A DNA stretch of 20,000 nt from Craspedostauros australis (taxonomy: Eukaryota). Below the pieces are notes generated by a model, which saw only the letters and a program-made list of their open reading frames with translations, had not been told where the DNA came from and ran no database searches. The stretch is from contig JALAGF010004003.1 in assembly GCA_030167865.1 (NCBI GenBank), positions 107,823 through 127,822 of the forward strand, read 5' to 3'. The translations under genes were made by a program, and so were the position numbers. Within the stretch, counting starts at the first letter, position 1. Each line of letters begins with the position of its first letter. Below, piece by piece: positions 19,018 through 20,000 of the stretch.

Positions 19018-19671
19018 CACTCGAGCACAAGTGTCTCACAGACCCTGCATGCGCTCGGTTCCACTCACTCGTTTACCCGCAAGCGATGGCTGGGCATGAC
19101 GCTCTGCTTCGAGCGCGGATCAACCACAAAGATTAGACGGGAGAGCAGTCCATTCTGTTCTCATTCACGCAAATGCGATTACTAGACTCAATAGAAGGAA
19201 CCGCCCTGGAGGACATGTCTCACTGCTGCCCCTTGCCAATACTGTTGCTTTCATAGGATCGCCATTGTCAATATCCCCGCGCACCATACACTGTACTGTA
19301 CATGCATTCGTCTTGTAGTGTCGCTTTATTTGTATTTTATGATGTTTATTTTTCTGATGTGTTTCGTTGAAATGAACCGCCGCGCGAAGCCACGCAGGTA
19401 CTCCTGCGCCTCTTGTTCACCGGACTGTGCATGGAATGGATGATGCCATGGCGAGTCAAGCTGTGATCATGACCTCGTTCCTCTTTGTTATGTCTTGGTC
19501 GAATCGTTCTACTGGCACCTTGGTCGAGGATGGCGATGCACATACCATGCTGGCGGTATGGCACGAGTAGATCGCTGTATAAGTACAACTGGCATCTGAT
19601 GGCATTGGTGCGAAGCAGTACTCGTGGCGCTGCATCCATCACCACGGCCTTTGCAGCCATCAAAAGGATGC

Positions 19672-20000
19672 TCAAAGAAGGTCCGCGTCGTCGTCCACCA
19701 CGATGTTGGCGATACGACTATTCACTGGGGCTGGTTCTTTGTCCGCCGGCGGTGCTGGCCTTGTGGTTGGCGGGGGCATGGTGGCTCTCATGTGGCTCTG
19801 GAACAGCGATCGTCCTTCCTTCCGTTGCTGCCCTTCAAGGGCGCAAAAGAGGTTCTTGAGGATTCGCTTGACGTCTGCGATTGGTTCCTCCGTGAAATCA
19901 TCGCCTGTGTTGGTGTTGATGTTGATGTGCGTATTCGTGTTCACGTTGATGCCATGCAAATCGGAGTAGCAAGGAGATCGAACAGACCATTGGGGGGGGG
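19672..20000 (-). CDS. Possible 3' end of a gene entering from the right edge, product unknown
   Basis: The frame is open from the window edge to TGA at 19672 (…DLHGINVNTNTHININTNTGDDFTEEPIADVKRILKNLFCALEG…VVDDDADLL*). The composition is protein-like and an AT-rich 3'-like tract lies near 19320-19360. No domain is recognised. Confidence 0.35.
   Translation of the reverse strand, partial: PPQWSVRSPCYSDLHGINVNTNTHININTNTGDDFTEEPIADVKRILKNLFCALEGQQRKEGRSLFQSHMRATMPPPTTRPAPPADKEPAPVNSRIANIVVDDDADLL

Overview
Eukaryotic, gene-dense genomic DNA, most likely from a diatom or another ochrophyte. This assignment is inferred from a signal peptide followed by an ASAFAP-like 'AEA-F' plastid-targeting motif, few GT-AG introns, and CA-rich leaders before start codons. 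From left to right the window holds: a two-exon phenylalanine-4-hydroxylase-like aromatic amino acid hydroxylase (-, runs off the left edge); a two-exon plastid-targeted protein of unknown function (-); an inward-rectifier K+ channel (+); a small 96-aa membrane-anchored ORF (+) preceded by about 1 kb with no ATG on its strand; the PAN2 deadenylase subunit (-); a CCHC-knuckle plus PHD-finger protein (-, 5' end unresolved); a plant-type SH3-less PEX13 (+); and a possible gene tail at the right edge (-). I found no mobile element, CRISPR array, tRNA or rRNA. The strongest unexplained signal is the ATG-free, structured leader at 7364-8383 together with its overlapping non-AUG reading frame and small downstream ORF.
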